DNA from: Candidatus Eiseniibacteriota bacterium
GTDB taxonomy: Bacteria; Eisenbacteria; RBG-16-71-46; JABDJR01
Reading direction: 5' to 3'
Assembly (NCBI GenBank): GCA_963783375.1
Contig: CAWANH010000003.1
Span: 259,418-323,417, forward strand
Length of the DNA: 64,000 nt
Shown piece after piece: positions 48,135 through 62,115 of this stretch (position 1 is its first letter; the number at the start of each line of letters is the position of its first letter). A model generated the notes under the pieces. That model saw only the letters and a program-made list of their open reading frames with translations. It did not search any database and was not told where the DNA came from. Both the position numbers and the translations under genes were made by a program.

Positions 48135-49196
48135 CTAGGGACGCACCCCTCCCTTTCGCGCTTCCAGGTTCCCGATCGCGCCTTCGATCAGCCGGGCAAG
48201 AAGGGCGTGCCCCGGGGTTCGCAGATGGATGCCGTCGTTCCGGAAGTACCTGGGCGTCTCGGTACCCAGGCGCTGGAAATCGGCCAGCGCGTCGACGAGG
48301 GGGATGTCGTCCTTGCGGCAGAGGTCGCGGACCGCGTCAGCATACCTGATGTGCACCTGGGGAATGGCCGAGACCTCCTCCCGACTCATGCCGTAGAACT
48401 GACTGAAGAAGCGGTAGGCCCAGGACGGCATGGCGTCGGGGGGGTAGGCCATGGGCGCGGTGATGAACACCGGCTGGATCCCCGCTTCCCGCAAGCGCGT
48501 CGCGATCGCCTCGAGATTGGTCCGGTAGTCCTCCAGGGGAACCCGGGGGACCGATTCATGGTGGAACCGGGCCAGGACGAGTCGCAGGTAGCCGAAGATC
48601 CGGATGGAGGACGAGAGCGTATGCTGGGCGCGGTCGGTGAGGCCGCCCTGGCCCGGCCAGTGGTCGTTCCACCCGAAATAGACGCACACGTAATCCGGAT
48701 GGTAGGCGATCAGCTGCTCGACGCGCCGGACGCCCTGGTAGCTGGTGTATCCGGGGACGGCGGCGTTGACGGCCTCGACCTTCCTTCCCAGTCGCCGGGA
48801 GAGTTCCTGGGTCACCAGATCGGGGTAGAGCGGATCGCCGAGGAAGGTGCACGAGTCCCCCAGGTAGCCGATCCTGAGCGTCCCGGCCGGCTTCTCCCGG
48901 GCGATGTCCGTCCGCCCCCGGAAACCGGCGGCGTTGGTGTAGCCGGTGCCGGGAATCGGCTTCCAGAAGAGATCGGGATCGGGCTCGAACAGGCGGACCC
49001 GGACCGGCTGTCCCTCCTTCAGGAGGCCATCCTCGTCGTAGACCGGAATGCCCGTCCGGTACCCGAACTGCAGGTACCCGTCTCCGGACACCGGCCGCCA
49101 TCCCGAAACCATGAGGTAGATCTGGAGGAGGGTCGCGGCGAGGAGGAGGCCGACGACGGCGGAGATCAGGGCGAGCAGCGCTTTCTTGGTCTTCAT
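48135..49196 (-). CDS. SGNH/GDSL hydrolase, membrane-anchored
   Basis: LGDSCTF, NAAVPGY, FGWND, DGIH; N-terminal TM. Confidence 0.88.
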   Translation of the reverse strand: MKTKKALLALISAVVGLLLAATLLQIYLMVSGWRPVSGDGYLQFGYRTGIPVYDEDGLLKEGQPVRVRLFEPDPDLFWKPIPGTGYTNAAGFRGRTDIAREKPAGTLRIGYLGDSCTFLGDPLYPDLVTQELSRRLGRKVEAVNAAVPGYTSYQGVRRVEQLIAYHPDYVCVYFGWNDHWPGQGGLTDRAQHTLSSSIRIFGYLRLVLARFHHESVPRVPLEDYRTNLEAIATRLREAGIQPVFITAPMAYPPDAMPSWAYRFFSQFYGMSREEVSAIPQVHIRYADAVRDLCRKDDIPLVDALADFQRLGTETPRYFRNDGIHLRTPGHALLARLIEGAIGNLEARKGGVRP

Positions 49197-49660
49197 GAAC
49201 TCAGAACAGGGTATGGATGAACGGGGCCACGGATCGACCGGTAGGATCCGGCAGTTTTCCGGAAGCCCGGCCGGCGGCGGCTCGTCCGATCCCGCCGGTC
49301 CGGTTTCCCGGTCTTCCTCCCCGGGAAGTGCTCCGGAAAGTTCTCATCCGGGAATGATATCGCGGATTGGACTCCCCGCTCACGGGGTTTGGTCCCGGCC
49401 GAACGGTCCAGGTGGGCGGCGGAGGGAGCGGCGGGACCGCGGTCGAGGCGGTCATGGTTGTCGGTCATGGTGCTGGCCTCCGAACCTCCATGGAAAATCC
49501 GCTGCCCTGCTCTCTCAACAAGGACGGATCGCCTTGCGGCAAAACAGGATAGCACCTTCCCGGAGGCCGTGCCAGCCGGCCGGGCCGCCTCCTTTGGGGG
49601 GGAGGCGGACGGTCGCCCGGCTGAGTGAGGCCGGGTGGAAGACGGAGGGGGCGGTCGGGA

Positions 49661-50194
49661 TCAGTACCCCAGAATGTTGACCATGAGGGCCACGTTCAGT
49701 CCCCGCGTGGAGGAGCCGGGGGTCATGGTGATGACCGCGTCGAGTTCGCCGGAAAGGTGGGGAACCGGCTCGTACCCGGCTCCCAGGTGGAACACCGGGA
49801 GCCCGGCCCTGTCTCCGCCGTCGCTTTCGATCCATGACTCGCTGAACAGATAGGACCCGCCTACCGCCGCGGTGACGAATGCGCAGGGTCCCCGATCCCG
49901 GAGGTAATAGGAGCACCCCAGCGCGGGGTGAAGCATCGCGTAGCGCCCCCAGAATTGCTGCCCGTTGTAGTGGATGACCCATCGGGCACTCGGCGCATAG
50001 CCGAACCTCAGGTTGGTCTGGAGCCCGCCCCGGGGATTCTTCCAACCACCGGAGTTCTCTGCGTACCCCGGTCCGGCGCCGAAGCCCAGCACGAAGCCCT
50101 TCCGATCCCCGTCCCAGGCGTAGGCCGGAACCGAGAACCGGCACAAGACGGCCGAGGCGACCAGAGTCCACATGAGTAGACGCTTCATGTCCAT
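49661..50194 (-). CDS. Small outer-membrane beta-barrel protein
   Basis: GAAGGAG SD; signal peptide ending AYA; WDGDRKGFVLGFGAG; C-terminal Tyr. Confidence 0.65.
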   Translation of the reverse strand: MDMKRLLMWTLVASAVLCRFSVPAYAWDGDRKGFVLGFGAGPGYAENSGGWKNPRGGLQTNLRFGYAPSARWVIHYNGQQFWGRYAMLHPALGCSYYLRDRGPCAFVTAAVGGSYLFSESWIESDGGDRAGLPVFHLGAGYEPVPHLSGELDAVITMTPGSSTRGLNVALMVNILGY

Positions 50195-50253
50195 TGCTCC
50201 TTCCCGAACGGCGGCGCTCCTCGCGGAGTAGCCGAGACGCGCGTTCCGGCCCC

Positions 50254-50949
50254 TCAATCGCCGCTCCACAGCGCGAAGAGCAACACCGTCAGGAGCACGG
50301 TCCCGGTAACCAGCACGATCCCCGAGCCTCCACCCAGATATCCGGCAAGGCGGGAGTCCACGAGCCATGTGACTTCGGTGCCTCCGTCCAGGAGAGGCAT
50401 GAACTCGACGCTGGTGTTGACCGCGACCCAATCGCCGTAGTTGATCCCGGCGCGAGCCAGGTAGCCGGGGGTGTGGAGGCCCTCCTCGTCCCGGGCGGCC
50501 ACCACCACCCCGCCCGCGGCGTCGAGAGCCCAGCGTCGGTCGAACCAGTAGCGATACCGGGGATGGAGGGTCAGCTTGGGCTCGGAAATGCCGCGATACG
50601 AGATCGATGCTCCCAACGCCGACCGGTTCCGGAGGTTGAACATGTGGCCCAGTTCGAAGACCACGCTCCTTCGGTCGTGATAGCTCTTACGCTTGGGATT
50701 ACCGGACTGGGAAAGGCGATAGCCGAAGCCGGTCTCGGTGATCCAGAAGTCGCGGCAATGGGGCCAGGGCTGCCCCCGCCAGCACATCCCGGGCGAATCG
50801 CCGCCGCCGGCACGGGCGGGCGCGGGTGGGTAGGCCGGGAGCCCGGTGAAGGACAGGATCACGGCCGCGATGAGGCCGGCGGCCAGCGAATCCGTACGGT
50901 ACGGGCGGGAGGCGGCGGCGAGCCGGAGCCTCCGGGGGTACCAACGCAT
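50254..50949 (-). CDS. Hypothetical exported beta-strand-rich protein with hydrophobic C-terminus
   Basis: Signal-like N-terminus; CWRGQPWPHC then amphipathic strands; start uncertain. Confidence 0.55.
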   Translation of the reverse strand: MRWYPRRLRLAAASRPYRTDSLAAGLIAAVILSFTGLPAYPPAPARAGGGDSPGMCWRGQPWPHCRDFWITETGFGYRLSQSGNPKRKSYHDRRSVVFELGHMFNLRNRSALGASISYRGISEPKLTLHPRYRYWFDRRWALDAAGGVVVAARDEEGLHTPGYLARAGINYGDWVAVNTSVEFMPLLDGGTEVTWLVDSRLAGYLGGGSGIVLVTGTVLLTVLLFALWSGD

Positions 50950-51223
50950 GGTTCCTTCCATGTTCGCGGCCGGGTGGACGTCTGCCGGAACCGTAGACGG
51001 TCGGGCGGGCCATCGCAAGGACCTTCCATACTCGACCACGCCCGTTCGCTTTGCGGTATCCATGGCCCCGCGAAGGGCTGTGGGTGCGGCGTTCCGGGCC
51101 GGAACCTCCGGCCGCACGGCCGGTCCCGGAATGGCTCCGATTGAACGCTCCGGCGCCGGAATGCGTCGGATGGAGTGGGTCATGGCGGCCCACCCACATC
51201 ACCTAGCCTTTTGGGGGTTCCCG

Positions 51224-52513
51224 ATGCGCTTTCCGGCACTGTGCACGAGTCTTCTGGTCCTTTCACTGGCTTCAGCGGGGTTCGCGAGCCCGAATCCCGA
51301 CCTGGCCTCGCGCCTCGAGCGGTATCTCGCCCCCTACGACGAGGCCGGCGAACTGTCCGGGACGCTGCTGGTGGCCCGGGGGGACAGCATCCTCTTCCAG
51401 CAATCCTACGGCTACGCCAACGTCGAGCTCGGTGTTCGCAACACCCCGGAGTCCCGGTTCAACATCGCCTCGATCACCAAGCCGATGACCATCGCCGTGG
51501 TCTGCGGCCTGGCCGAGGCCGGGAAGCTCGCTCCCGGAGACTCCCTGGCCAGGTGGATTCCGGACTTTCCCCGGGCCAAGGACATCACGGTCTCGCATCT
51601 CCTCAATCACCGGGCCGGCATCCCCCACCGGGTCACCGAGGATTGGGAGGAGACCGTCCCCCATACCGCCGCCGACATGGTGGCCTTCGCCGAGCGGAAG
51701 CCGCTCATGTTCGAGCCCGGGGAGAAGTCGGTCTACAGCTCGGCGGGGTTCAGCGTGCTGGCCAGGGTGTGCGAGCTGGCGGGGGGGAAATCCTACGAGG
51801 CGCTCCTGGAGCAATACGTGTTCGGACCGGCGGGAATGACCCGCTCCGTCCACGCGGACTCCCGCATGATCCTCGAGGGGCGGGCGTCGAGCTACGGCCA
51901 CGGTCCCCGCGGGCTCGTGAACGCACCGCTTCGGGACATGTCGTTCCTGGTGGGAGCGGGCTCGGTCTGCTCGACCGCGATGGACATCCACCGGATGATC
52001 CGGGCCCTGGTGGACGGGAAGCTGGGACGAGCGGCCCGGATCGCGCTCCTCCACGACAACCGCCTGGACTGGAGCGGGATCAGCAACGGATTCCGCGCCT
52101 TCGCCGACTACGACGGTGAGACGGGACTGGAGGTGATCTACCTCGGAAACGTCCACACCGGCGCGGTGGACCGGCTCCGGGCCGACGTCCCCAGGATCGT
52201 CGCCGGGATCGACGTTCCGGCCCCGGAGGTTCCGCACCCCCGGGCGGCGGACGTGCCCGTCGAAGTCCTTGCGGGCTACGCCGGCCACTACACATCCGAC
52301 GATCGCGGAGACACCGATATCCGGGCGGTTCCGGGCGGGCTCTATGTGAGCGACTGGTTCCTGGTTCCCACTTCGGACAGCACGTTCTTCTCCCCCCAGG
52401 ACTACGGCACCGCCGACGGAGTCCGGGACGCCGACGGCCGGATCGTGGAACTGGACTGGCACTACCCCGGGGGGGTGCTCAAGTGGCGGAAAGTGGAGAA
52501 AACCGGGGGGTGA
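51224..52513 (+). CDS. Serine hydrolase, beta-lactamase/PBP family
   Basis: Signal peptide; FNIASITK (SxxK), LLNHRAG, YSS. Confidence 0.9.
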   Translation: MRFPALCTSLLVLSLASAGFASPNPDLASRLERYLAPYDEAGELSGTLLVARGDSILFQQSYGYANVELGVRNTPESRFNIASITKPMTIAVVCGLAEAGKLAPGDSLARWIPDFPRAKDITVSHLLNHRAGIPHRVTEDWEETVPHTAADMVAFAERKPLMFEPGEKSVYSSAGFSVLARVCELAGGKSYEALLEQYVFGPAGMTRSVHADSRMILEGRASSYGHGPRGLVNAPLRDMSFLVGAGSVCSTAMDIHRMIRALVDGKLGRAARIALLHDNRLDWSGISNGFRAFADYDGETGLEVIYLGNVHTGAVDRLRADVPRIVAGIDVPAPEVPHPRAADVPVEVLAGYAGHYTSDDRGDTDIRAVPGGLYVSDWFLVPTSDSTFFSPQDYGTADGVRDADGRIVELDWHYPGGVLKWRKVEKTGG

Positions 52514-52528
52514 GAGGAGGGGATGTCG

Positions 52529-55390
<2,862 letters not shown>

Positions 55391-55446
55391 GGGGTCCCTT
55401 TCGAGGGGAGGGTTCGTGGTGCGCCGAGCGGGGATTGTAGCAGGGG

Positions 55447-55475
55447 AAGCTATGGAGTCCCCGGCGGGATGTCAA
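55447..55475 (-). promoter_or_regulatory. Sigma70-type promoter for the kinase gene
   Basis: Minus strand TTGACA-17 nt-TAGCTT, about 57 nt upstream of ATG 55390. Confidence 0.6.
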
Positions 55476-55563
55476 GCGCGGGAACTCCCACAGCCACGAA
55501 GCCTGTGAGGCGTCATCCATCGCGGCCAGGCCCTGGTCGCCGGCACCCGTTTCGCAGCGGTGT

Positions 55564-57954
55564 CTATTGGCTCTTCCGCACCGCTTTCGGGACGCCCCAC
55601 TTCCAGTTCCGGACTTCCGGCATGTCCTGGCCGTACTTCTCGATGTACTGCTTGTGCTCGAGCAGCTTGTCCTTGAGTTGTTGCTTCAGGTAGAGGCCCT
55701 TGTCGCCGGTCTGTGGCAGCCTGCTTATGGTGTCCATCACGAGATGGAAGCGGTCCAGATCATTCAAGACGGTCATGTCGAACGGCGTGGTGATCGTGCC
55801 CTCCTCCTTGTAGCCGCGGACGTGGAGGTTGTCGTGGTTGGTGCGGCGGTAGGTCAGCCGATGGATCAACCACGGGTAGCCGTGGAACGCGAAGATGACC
55901 GGCTTGTCCTTGGTGAAGAGCTCGTCGAAGTCGACATCGCTCAACCCGTGCGGGTGCTCGCTCGGCGGTTGCAGACGCATGAGGTCGACGACGTTCACCA
56001 CCCGGATCTTCAGTTCGGGCAGATGCTCGCGCATGATGGAAACGGCGGCGAGGGTCTCCAGGGTGGGCACGTCACCGCAGCAGGCCATGACCACGTCCGG
56101 AGCGACGCCCTGATCGTTGCTGGCCCACTGCCAGATGCCGATGCCCTCGGTGCAATGCTTGACCGCGGCGTCCATCGACAACCATTGCGGCGCCGGGTGC
56201 TTGCCCGCGATCACCAGGTTCACGTAGTGACGGCTGCGAAGGCAATGGTCCATCACGGACAGCAGACAGTTGGCGTCCGGTGGAAGGTAGACCCGCACCA
56301 CGTCGGCCTTCTTGTTCACCACGTGGTCGATGAAACCCGGATCCTGGTGGGTGAAGCCGTTGTGATCCTGACGCCAGACGTGCGAGGCCAGCAGGTAGTT
56401 CAGCGAGCCGATCTTCCGCCGCCACGGGAGTTCCGCGGTGACCTTCAGCCACTTGGCGTGCTGGTTGAACATCGAATCGATGATGTGAATGAACGCCTCA
56501 TAGCAGTTGAAGACCCCATGCCGCCCGGTGAGCAGGTAGCCCTCGAGCCAGCCCTCGCACTGGTGCTCGCTGAGCATCGAGTCCACCACGCGTCCGGAGC
56601 GCGCCAGAAACTCATCGTTCGCCTCGGTTCCGGCGTCCCATTGGCGATCGGTCGCCTCGAACAGGGCCCCCAGGCGGTTGGAAAGCGTCTCGTCCGGACC
56701 GAAGACCCGGAAATTGCGCTGCTCGGCGTTCAGCTTGGCCACGTCGCGCAGGAAGCGCCCGAGCACCCGCGTGTCGCCCACGCCGGTCGCGCCCGGCGCC
56801 GGCACGTCCACCGCATAGTCCTGGAAATCGGGCATTCGAAGGTCGCGGAGCAGCATGCCGCCGTTGGCGTGGGGATTCGCGCCCATGCGCCGCTCGCCCT
56901 CGGGCGCCAGGTCGGCCAGTTCCGGCTTCAGGCGACCCTCTGCGTCGAAGAGCTCCTCCGGCCGGTAGCTCTTCAGCCACTCCTCCAGGAGCTTCAGGTG
57001 CTCGGGGTGGGTGGCGGGGTCGGAGAGCGGCACCTGATGCGACCGGAAGGTCCCTTCGATCTGCAGACCGTCGACCACCTTCGGCCCCGTCCAGCCCTTG
57101 GGCGATCTGAGGACGATCATCGGCCAGCGGGGCCGCGTGAGGTTGCCGTCGACGCGGGCGTCGTGCTGGATCTTCTTGATTTCCTCCACCGCAGTGTCGA
57201 GGGCCGCAGCCATGGCCTGGTGCATCGGCTCGGGCTCGTGACCTTCGACGAAGTACGGGTTCCAGCCGTAGCCGCGGAACAACTGCTCCAGTTCCTCCTG
57301 CTCGATGCGGGCCAGGACGGTCGGGTTGGAGATCTTGTAGCCGTTCAGGTGCAGGATGGGCAGCACCGCGCCGTCGGTGGCCGGATCGAGAAACTTGTTC
57401 GAATGCCAGGCCGTGGCCAGCGGGCCGGTCTCCGCCTCGCCGTCGCCGACCACGCAGGCGACGATGAGATCGGGATTGTCGAACACCGCCCCGAACGAAT
57501 GGCTGAGCGAATAGCCCAGCTCGCCGCCCTCGTGGATCGAGCCCGGGCACTCCGGAGAGGCGTGGCTGGGAATTCCTCCCGGAAACGAAAACTGAAGAAA
57601 GAGCCGCTGAAGCCCGGCCTCATCCCGGCTGATGTCAGGATAGATCTCGCTGTAGGTACCCTCGAGATAGGTGTTGCCTACGACGGCGGGGCCACCGTGT
57701 CCGGGGCCGGAGACGTAGATCATGTCGAGGTCGTACTTCTTGATGACCCGGTTCAGGTGCACGTAGATGAAGTTCTGCCCGGGGGTCGTGCCCCAATGTC
57801 CAAGCAGCATGTGCTTCACATCCGCCAGGGCCAGGGGCCGCTTCAGCAGGGGATTGTCGAAGAGATAGATCTGCCCGACCGAGAGATAGTTCGCGGCGCG
57901 CCAGTAGGCGTCCATCTTGTGGAGCAGATCCGGGGAAAGGGTTTCGGTCTTCAT
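55564..57954 (-). CDS. xfp: Xylulose-5-P/fructose-6-P phosphoketolase
   Basis: [47 protein letters not shown]. Confidence 0.97.
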   Translation of the reverse strand: MKTETLSPDLLHKMDAYWRAANYLSVGQIYLFDNPLLKRPLALADVKHMLLGHWGTTPGQNFIYVHLNRVIKKYDLDMIYVSGPGHGGPAVVGNTYLEGTYSEIYPDISRDEAGLQRLFLQFSFPGGIPSHASPECPGSIHEGGELGYSLSHSFGAVFDNPDLIVACVVGDGEAETGPLATAWHSNKFLDPATDGAVLPILHLNGYKISNPTVLARIEQEELEQLFRGYGWNPYFVEGHEPEPMHQAMAAALDTAVEEIKKIQHDARVDGNLTRPRWPMIVLRSPKGWTGPKVVDGLQIEGTFRSHQVPLSDPATHPEHLKLLEEWLKSYRPEELFDAEGRLKPELADLAPEGERRMGANPHANGGMLLRDLRMPDFQDYAVDVPAPGATGVGDTRVLGRFLRDVAKLNAEQRNFRVFGPDETLSNRLGALFEATDRQWDAGTEANDEFLARSGRVVDSMLSEHQCEGWLEGYLLTGRHGVFNCYEAFIHIIDSMFNQHAKWLKVTAELPWRRKIGSLNYLLASHVWRQDHNGFTHQDPGFIDHVVNKKADVVRVYLPPDANCLLSVMDHCLRSRHYVNLVIAGKHPAPQWLSMDAAVKHCTEGIGIWQWASNDQGVAPDVVMACCGDVPTLETLAAVSIMREHLPELKIRVVNVVDLMRLQPPSEHPHGLSDVDFDELFTKDKPVIFAFHGYPWLIHRLTYRRTNHDNLHVRGYKEEGTITTPFDMTVLNDLDRFHLVMDTISRLPQTGDKGLYLKQQLKDKLLEHKQYIEKYGQDMPEVRNWKWGVPKAVRKSQ

Positions 57955-57957
57955 GGT

Positions 57958-59168
57958 TCAACTCTCCCTGTTTCCATCGAGGCCCAGGACGCGGCACACC
58001 GTCTCGGCGATCATCAGTTCTTCGTCCGTGTGCATGACGCGGACGGTAACCGCGCCGGCCGGCGCGGAGATCACGCCCTCATTCGCCGCGTTTCGTTTTT
58101 CGTCGAGCCGGATTCCGAGGAATCCCAGCCCATCGCAGATCCGGGTCCGGACGGCGGGGGCGTTCTCCCCGATGCCGCCCGCGAATATCAGCGTCTCGAG
58201 TCCGCCCAACGCCGCCGCGAAGGCGCCGATCCACTTCTTCACCTGGTAGCAGAAGAGCGCCACCGCCTCCGGCGGCGCGCACGTCCTGCGATTCACGCTC
58301 GAGCAGGTCACGCATGTCGGAGCTGGTCTCCGACACCCCGAGCAGCCCGGACTCGGAATTGACCATCTCGTTGAATCGTTTCGCGTCAAGGCCTTCGGTG
58401 CGCGCCAGATACCAGACCAGACCGGGATCGAGATCGCCGGAGCGGGTGCTCATCGGGATCCCCGCCGCCGGCGTGAGACTCATGCTCGTATCCACCGGTT
58501 TGCCCTCGCGCACGGCGGCCAGGCTCGCGCCGTTCCCGAGGTGGGCGAGAACCACCCGGCCCTGCGCCGCCTTCGCTCCGGCCGAACGCTCCAGTTCTCC
58601 CATGAGGAACGCGTACGACAGCCCGTGGAAGCCGTACCGCCGTACTCCCCGCGCTTCGAAGCGGCGCGGGATCGGCAGCAGCCGCGCCACGCGCGGGAGA
58701 TCATGGTGGAACGCGGTGTCGAAACATGCCACCTGGGGAAGGTCGGGAAACCGGCGATGAAACGCCTCGGTCAAGCAGAATCTCCTCCGGCAGATGCTCG
58801 GGATCGAACGGGCTGAGCCGGTGCAGTTCCTCCACCATTGCCGGAGTGATTGGCTGGGGCTCGCTGTACTTCGGCCCGCCATGCACCACGCGATGCCCCA
58901 CCGCGGCCAACGCATCCAGCCCGATGCGCTCCTCGACCCAGTCCATCAGGGCATCCACCGCCACCGTGTGGTCCGGCGCGGTCAGCGATTGCGAGACGGT
59001 GTCGGCGGGGTCCATGCCTTTGACCTCAAGGGTCGCCTCGGGCTGTCCGATCCGCTCGATCCCGCCTTCCAGTATCCTCCGGAGCGGATCTCCCGCCTCG
59101 AACAGCGCGAACTTTATGCTCGAGGAGCCGCCGTTGATGGTCAGGATGCGCGGGTTGGCGGCTTTCAT
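57958..59168 (-). pseudogene. ackA: Acetate kinase with two single-base-insertion frameshifts (about 58774 and 58270); may be sequencing error
   Basis: [56 protein letters not shown] spread over three frames. Confidence 0.88.
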
Positions 59169-59349
59169 CGGCAGATCCTTGGTACCTCGGTGTGAACGGC
59201 GGTGAAAGCAGTGCGGCGCGCGGCGGTAGGTCCCACGGTGCGGCACCCGGTCTTCCGATTATCCCACCCAAGGCAGGGGCGTCAACTGCTCCCTCCCGGC
59301 GTGCGGTGGGCGGGCGGGGACCGACGTGGACACGTTCGCTGCGCGCCGA

Positions 59350-59662
59350 CACGGTGTCACCCAACAGCCCGAGGTGTGGCCGGCCGACCCGCGCAACACG
59401 GTCGACCTCGGCGGGTCGCCACACGGCCTCCAGTCCCTTCGGATGGACGCGGCGATGGTCGCGGAGAGCCTCGACGGCCACATCGGCGCCGATCTTCTTG
59501 CGGAACCTGATGCACCCGGCGACGGTCTCGGCGGCACCGAAGACCCGAACCCGCACGCCCTGGACGTCGTGCTCTCCTACGCGCCTGCTCAACGGGGCGC
59601 CGGAAGGATAGACGAGGCGCTGCGGCGGATGGCCCGGGCGGGGCCCGGTGTTTCACGGCCAT
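59350..59662 (-). pseudogene. Degraded AbiEi-type (type IV TA) antitoxin C-terminal fragment
   Basis: EHDVQGVRVRVFGAAETVAGCIRFRKKIGADVAVEALRD...RVARVGRPHL resembles the AbiEi pattern KTVADCFKxRNKIGLDVALEAL; no N-terminal HTH; frame broken. Confidence 0.65.
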
Positions 59663-59765
59663 CGGGGCTACGATCGGCACGCACAACCCATTGAGCCGCC
59701 GTCGATTGCCTTACCCTCTTCCAATATACCGGAATCGCCTATAGTTTGAATTTGCTGCCGGTAGC

Positions 59766-61895
59766 ATGGAGGCTGTTCGGACCATGACCGATGATCCGAT
59801 CCAGGCATTGGGATTCCGAGAACTCTTCGACGCCGGTGTCGATGCCATGATCGTCGTCGATGGCCGGGGAGATATCGTCGCTCTGAATCCGGGGGCCGAG
59901 CGACTCTTCGGATGGGCGGAGGCGGAGCTGCTGGGCGAGCCGTTGGATCGACTCATCCCTCCCCGCTTCCGGCAGCTCACCGAGCTGCGGCCCACGATCA
60001 CCGATGAGTCGCCGGGACTTCCCCTGAGAGGCACTCAGGTCAGGCTATCCGCCCAGAGACGGGACGGTACCGAGCTTCCCATAGAACTCACCCACTGCCC
60101 TCTCGGTTCCCCCGCCGACGCCCTTGCCTTGATCACGGTTCGTGATCTCACAGAATGGCGGCAGACTCAGGAGACCCTCTTCCGCGAGAAGGAACAGGCC
60201 TCCGTCACCCTGGCCTCGATCGCGGACGCCGTCATCACCACCGACACGCGGGGCATGGTCACGTATCTGAACCCCACGGCGGAGCGGCTCACCGGCTGGC
60301 GGACGACCGAAGCGCTGGGGCAGCCCTTGGGCACCGTTCTCCCCCTCATCTTCGAGAACACGCGTCAGCCGATCGAGAGCATCCCGGCCCGCTGTCTCGC
60401 AGAAGGCCGCGCGGTGGACCTGGTCGACGGCGTGCTGCTGCTGCGCCGGGATGGAACGGAAGTGGCGATCGGAGACTCTGCGGCCCCGCTGTGCGACCGC
60501 AATGGCGCCGTGATCGGCGCGGTCCTGGTCTTTCACGACATCACCGAGAGGCGCCGCACGCTCCGCAAACTCTCGCATGAAGCAACACACGATTCCCTGA
60601 CGGGTCTGATCAGCCGGCACGAGTTCGAGCGACGTCTGGCGCAGGTATTGACCGAGACGGAGGGGGACGGGGCGGAGCACGCCTTGTGCTACCTGGATCT
60701 GGATCGATTCAAGCCCGTAAACGATCTGTGCGGCCACGAAGCCGGGGACAGCCTCCTCAAGGCGATCGGCCGTCTTTTGGCGGCCGGCCTGCGAAGCCGC
60801 GACACGGTCGCGCGCCTCGGTGGAGACGAATTCGGCATCCTGCTCGAGCATTGTTCGTCGGCCAAGGCGGAAGAAATTGCCGACAATCTCCGGCAGGCAA
60901 TCCAGGATTATCGCTTCGTCTGGGGAGAAAGGAACTTCTCCATCAGCGCCAGCATCGGCGTCGTTTCGCTCCCGGCCGCCGGTGGACGGGCGGCCGACGT
61001 CCTGCGCACCGCCGACGACGCCTGCTACGCGGCCAAGGCGGCGGGGGGGAATCGCATCCACGTCGGACCGGTGGTGGAGCCCGGGGTCAGACGACAGATG
61101 GAGACCCGCCGGATCACTCACTTGACCCAAGCGGTGGTGAAGGACCAATTTCAACTGTACGGTCAAGCGATCGTGCCTCTGTTGCCGCAGAAGTCGGCCC
61201 GTCCTCGGTGCGAGATCCTGCTGAGGCTGCCGGACGAGCGCGGCGGGGTGGAGACCCCAGACTCGTTTCTCCCGCACGCGGAGCGTTACCGCCTCATCCC
61301 GGCTATCGACCGCTGGGTCGTGCGGCAGACGGTCGCTCTTCTCGGGGTTTGGCATCGGGAGCACCCGGAATGCGAGTTGCCTCTCTGCTCGATCAACCTC
61401 AGCGTGTCCTCCCTGGACGACCTCGATCTTGTCCCCGCGCTGCGAGAGTACCTGACGCAGCACCGCCTTCCGCCGGAGGCGATTTGCTTCGAGATTGCCG
61501 AAGCGGCGGCGCTCGGCAACTTTGCCCAGCTGGTGCGTCTTCTCTCGGAAATTCGGGCGGCAGGATGTGGACTCGGGCTCGAGGACTTCGGCAGCGGGCT
61601 GGCCTCTTTCGCCCACCTCAAGGCATTGCCGGTGGACTACGTCAAGATCGGCGGCCACTACGTGCGGCGCGTGGCCGACGATCCCGTGTACGGCACCCTG
61701 GTGAGCGCCGTAAACGAGGTCGGTCGGATCATGGGCATCGCCACGATCGCAGAGGAAGTGGAGAGTAGGACCGTCCTGCAGAAGCTGCGGGCCCTGGGCG
61801 TGGGATACGTACAGGGCCATGCCGTGGCGCCGCCGGCGCCGCTGGTGGACGACACGGGAGCGGTAGTCCTGCCCTGTATTCCAAGATCAGGCTAG
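59766..61895 (+). CDS. PAS-PAS-GGDEF-EAL protein
   Basis: Two PAS domains (NPGAERLFGW, NPTAERLTGW); RSRD..ARLGGDEF; EILLR, EDFGSG, YVQG. Confidence 0.93.
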   Translation: MEAVRTMTDDPIQALGFRELFDAGVDAMIVVDGRGDIVALNPGAERLFGWAEAELLGEPLDRLIPPRFRQLTELRPTITDESPGLPLRGTQVRLSAQRRDGTELPIELTHCPLGSPADALALITVRDLTEWRQTQETLFREKEQASVTLASIADAVITTDTRGMVTYLNPTAERLTGWRTTEALGQPLGTVLPLIFENTRQPIESIPARCLAEGRAVDLVDGVLLLRRDGTEVAIGDSAAPLCDRNGAVIGAVLVFHDITERRRTLRKLSHEATHDSLTGLISRHEFERRLAQVLTETEGDGAEHALCYLDLDRFKPVNDLCGHEAGDSLLKAIGRLLAAGLRSRDTVARLGGDEFGILLEHCSSAKAEEIADNLRQAIQDYRFVWGERNFSISASIGVVSLPAAGGRAADVLRTADDACYAAKAAGGNRIHVGPVVEPGVRRQMETRRITHLTQAVVKDQFQLYGQAIVPLLPQKSARPRCEILLRLPDERGGVETPDSFLPHAERYRLIPAIDRWVVRQTVALLGVWHREHPECELPLCSINLSVSSLDDLDLVPALREYLTQHRLPPEAICFEIAEAAALGNFAQLVRLLSEIRAAGCGLGLEDFGSGLASFAHLKALPVDYVKIGGHYVRRVADDPVYGTLVSAVNEVGRIMGIATIAEEVESRTVLQKLRALGVGYVQGHAVAPPAPLVDDTGAVVLPCIPRSG

Positions 61896-62115
61896 CCGGA
61901 CCGTCCCGGATTCGCGGTCAAAGTCGGGGCCGCCGGAGATGTCCACCTGCGAACGCCGGTCCAAAAGTGCGGCGGGTGGCGAGTCCGACCGAGACCTCCC
62001 GGTATTCCCGGGGCGTCTTCGGCGTTCCTGTTCCATCTCGCGTCACTCGCATCGAAACGGCCGACAGGTTTCGCGCGACTCGTCCACCGGCGTCGCGCTC
62101 ACACCGCTTACCCAG

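Noticed and set aside
49197-49660. Several short ORFs between SGNH and the OM protein
   Set aside because: No motifs and mutually overlapping; probably intergenic
55453-55470. TGGAGTCCCCGGCGGGAT as a degenerate att copy of the tRNA-Cys 3' end
   Set aside because: Only 13/18 match and it is the spacer of the TTGACA-TAGCTT promoter
55567-58362. 931-aa plus-strand ORF
   Set aside because: Antisense shadow of xfp and ackA
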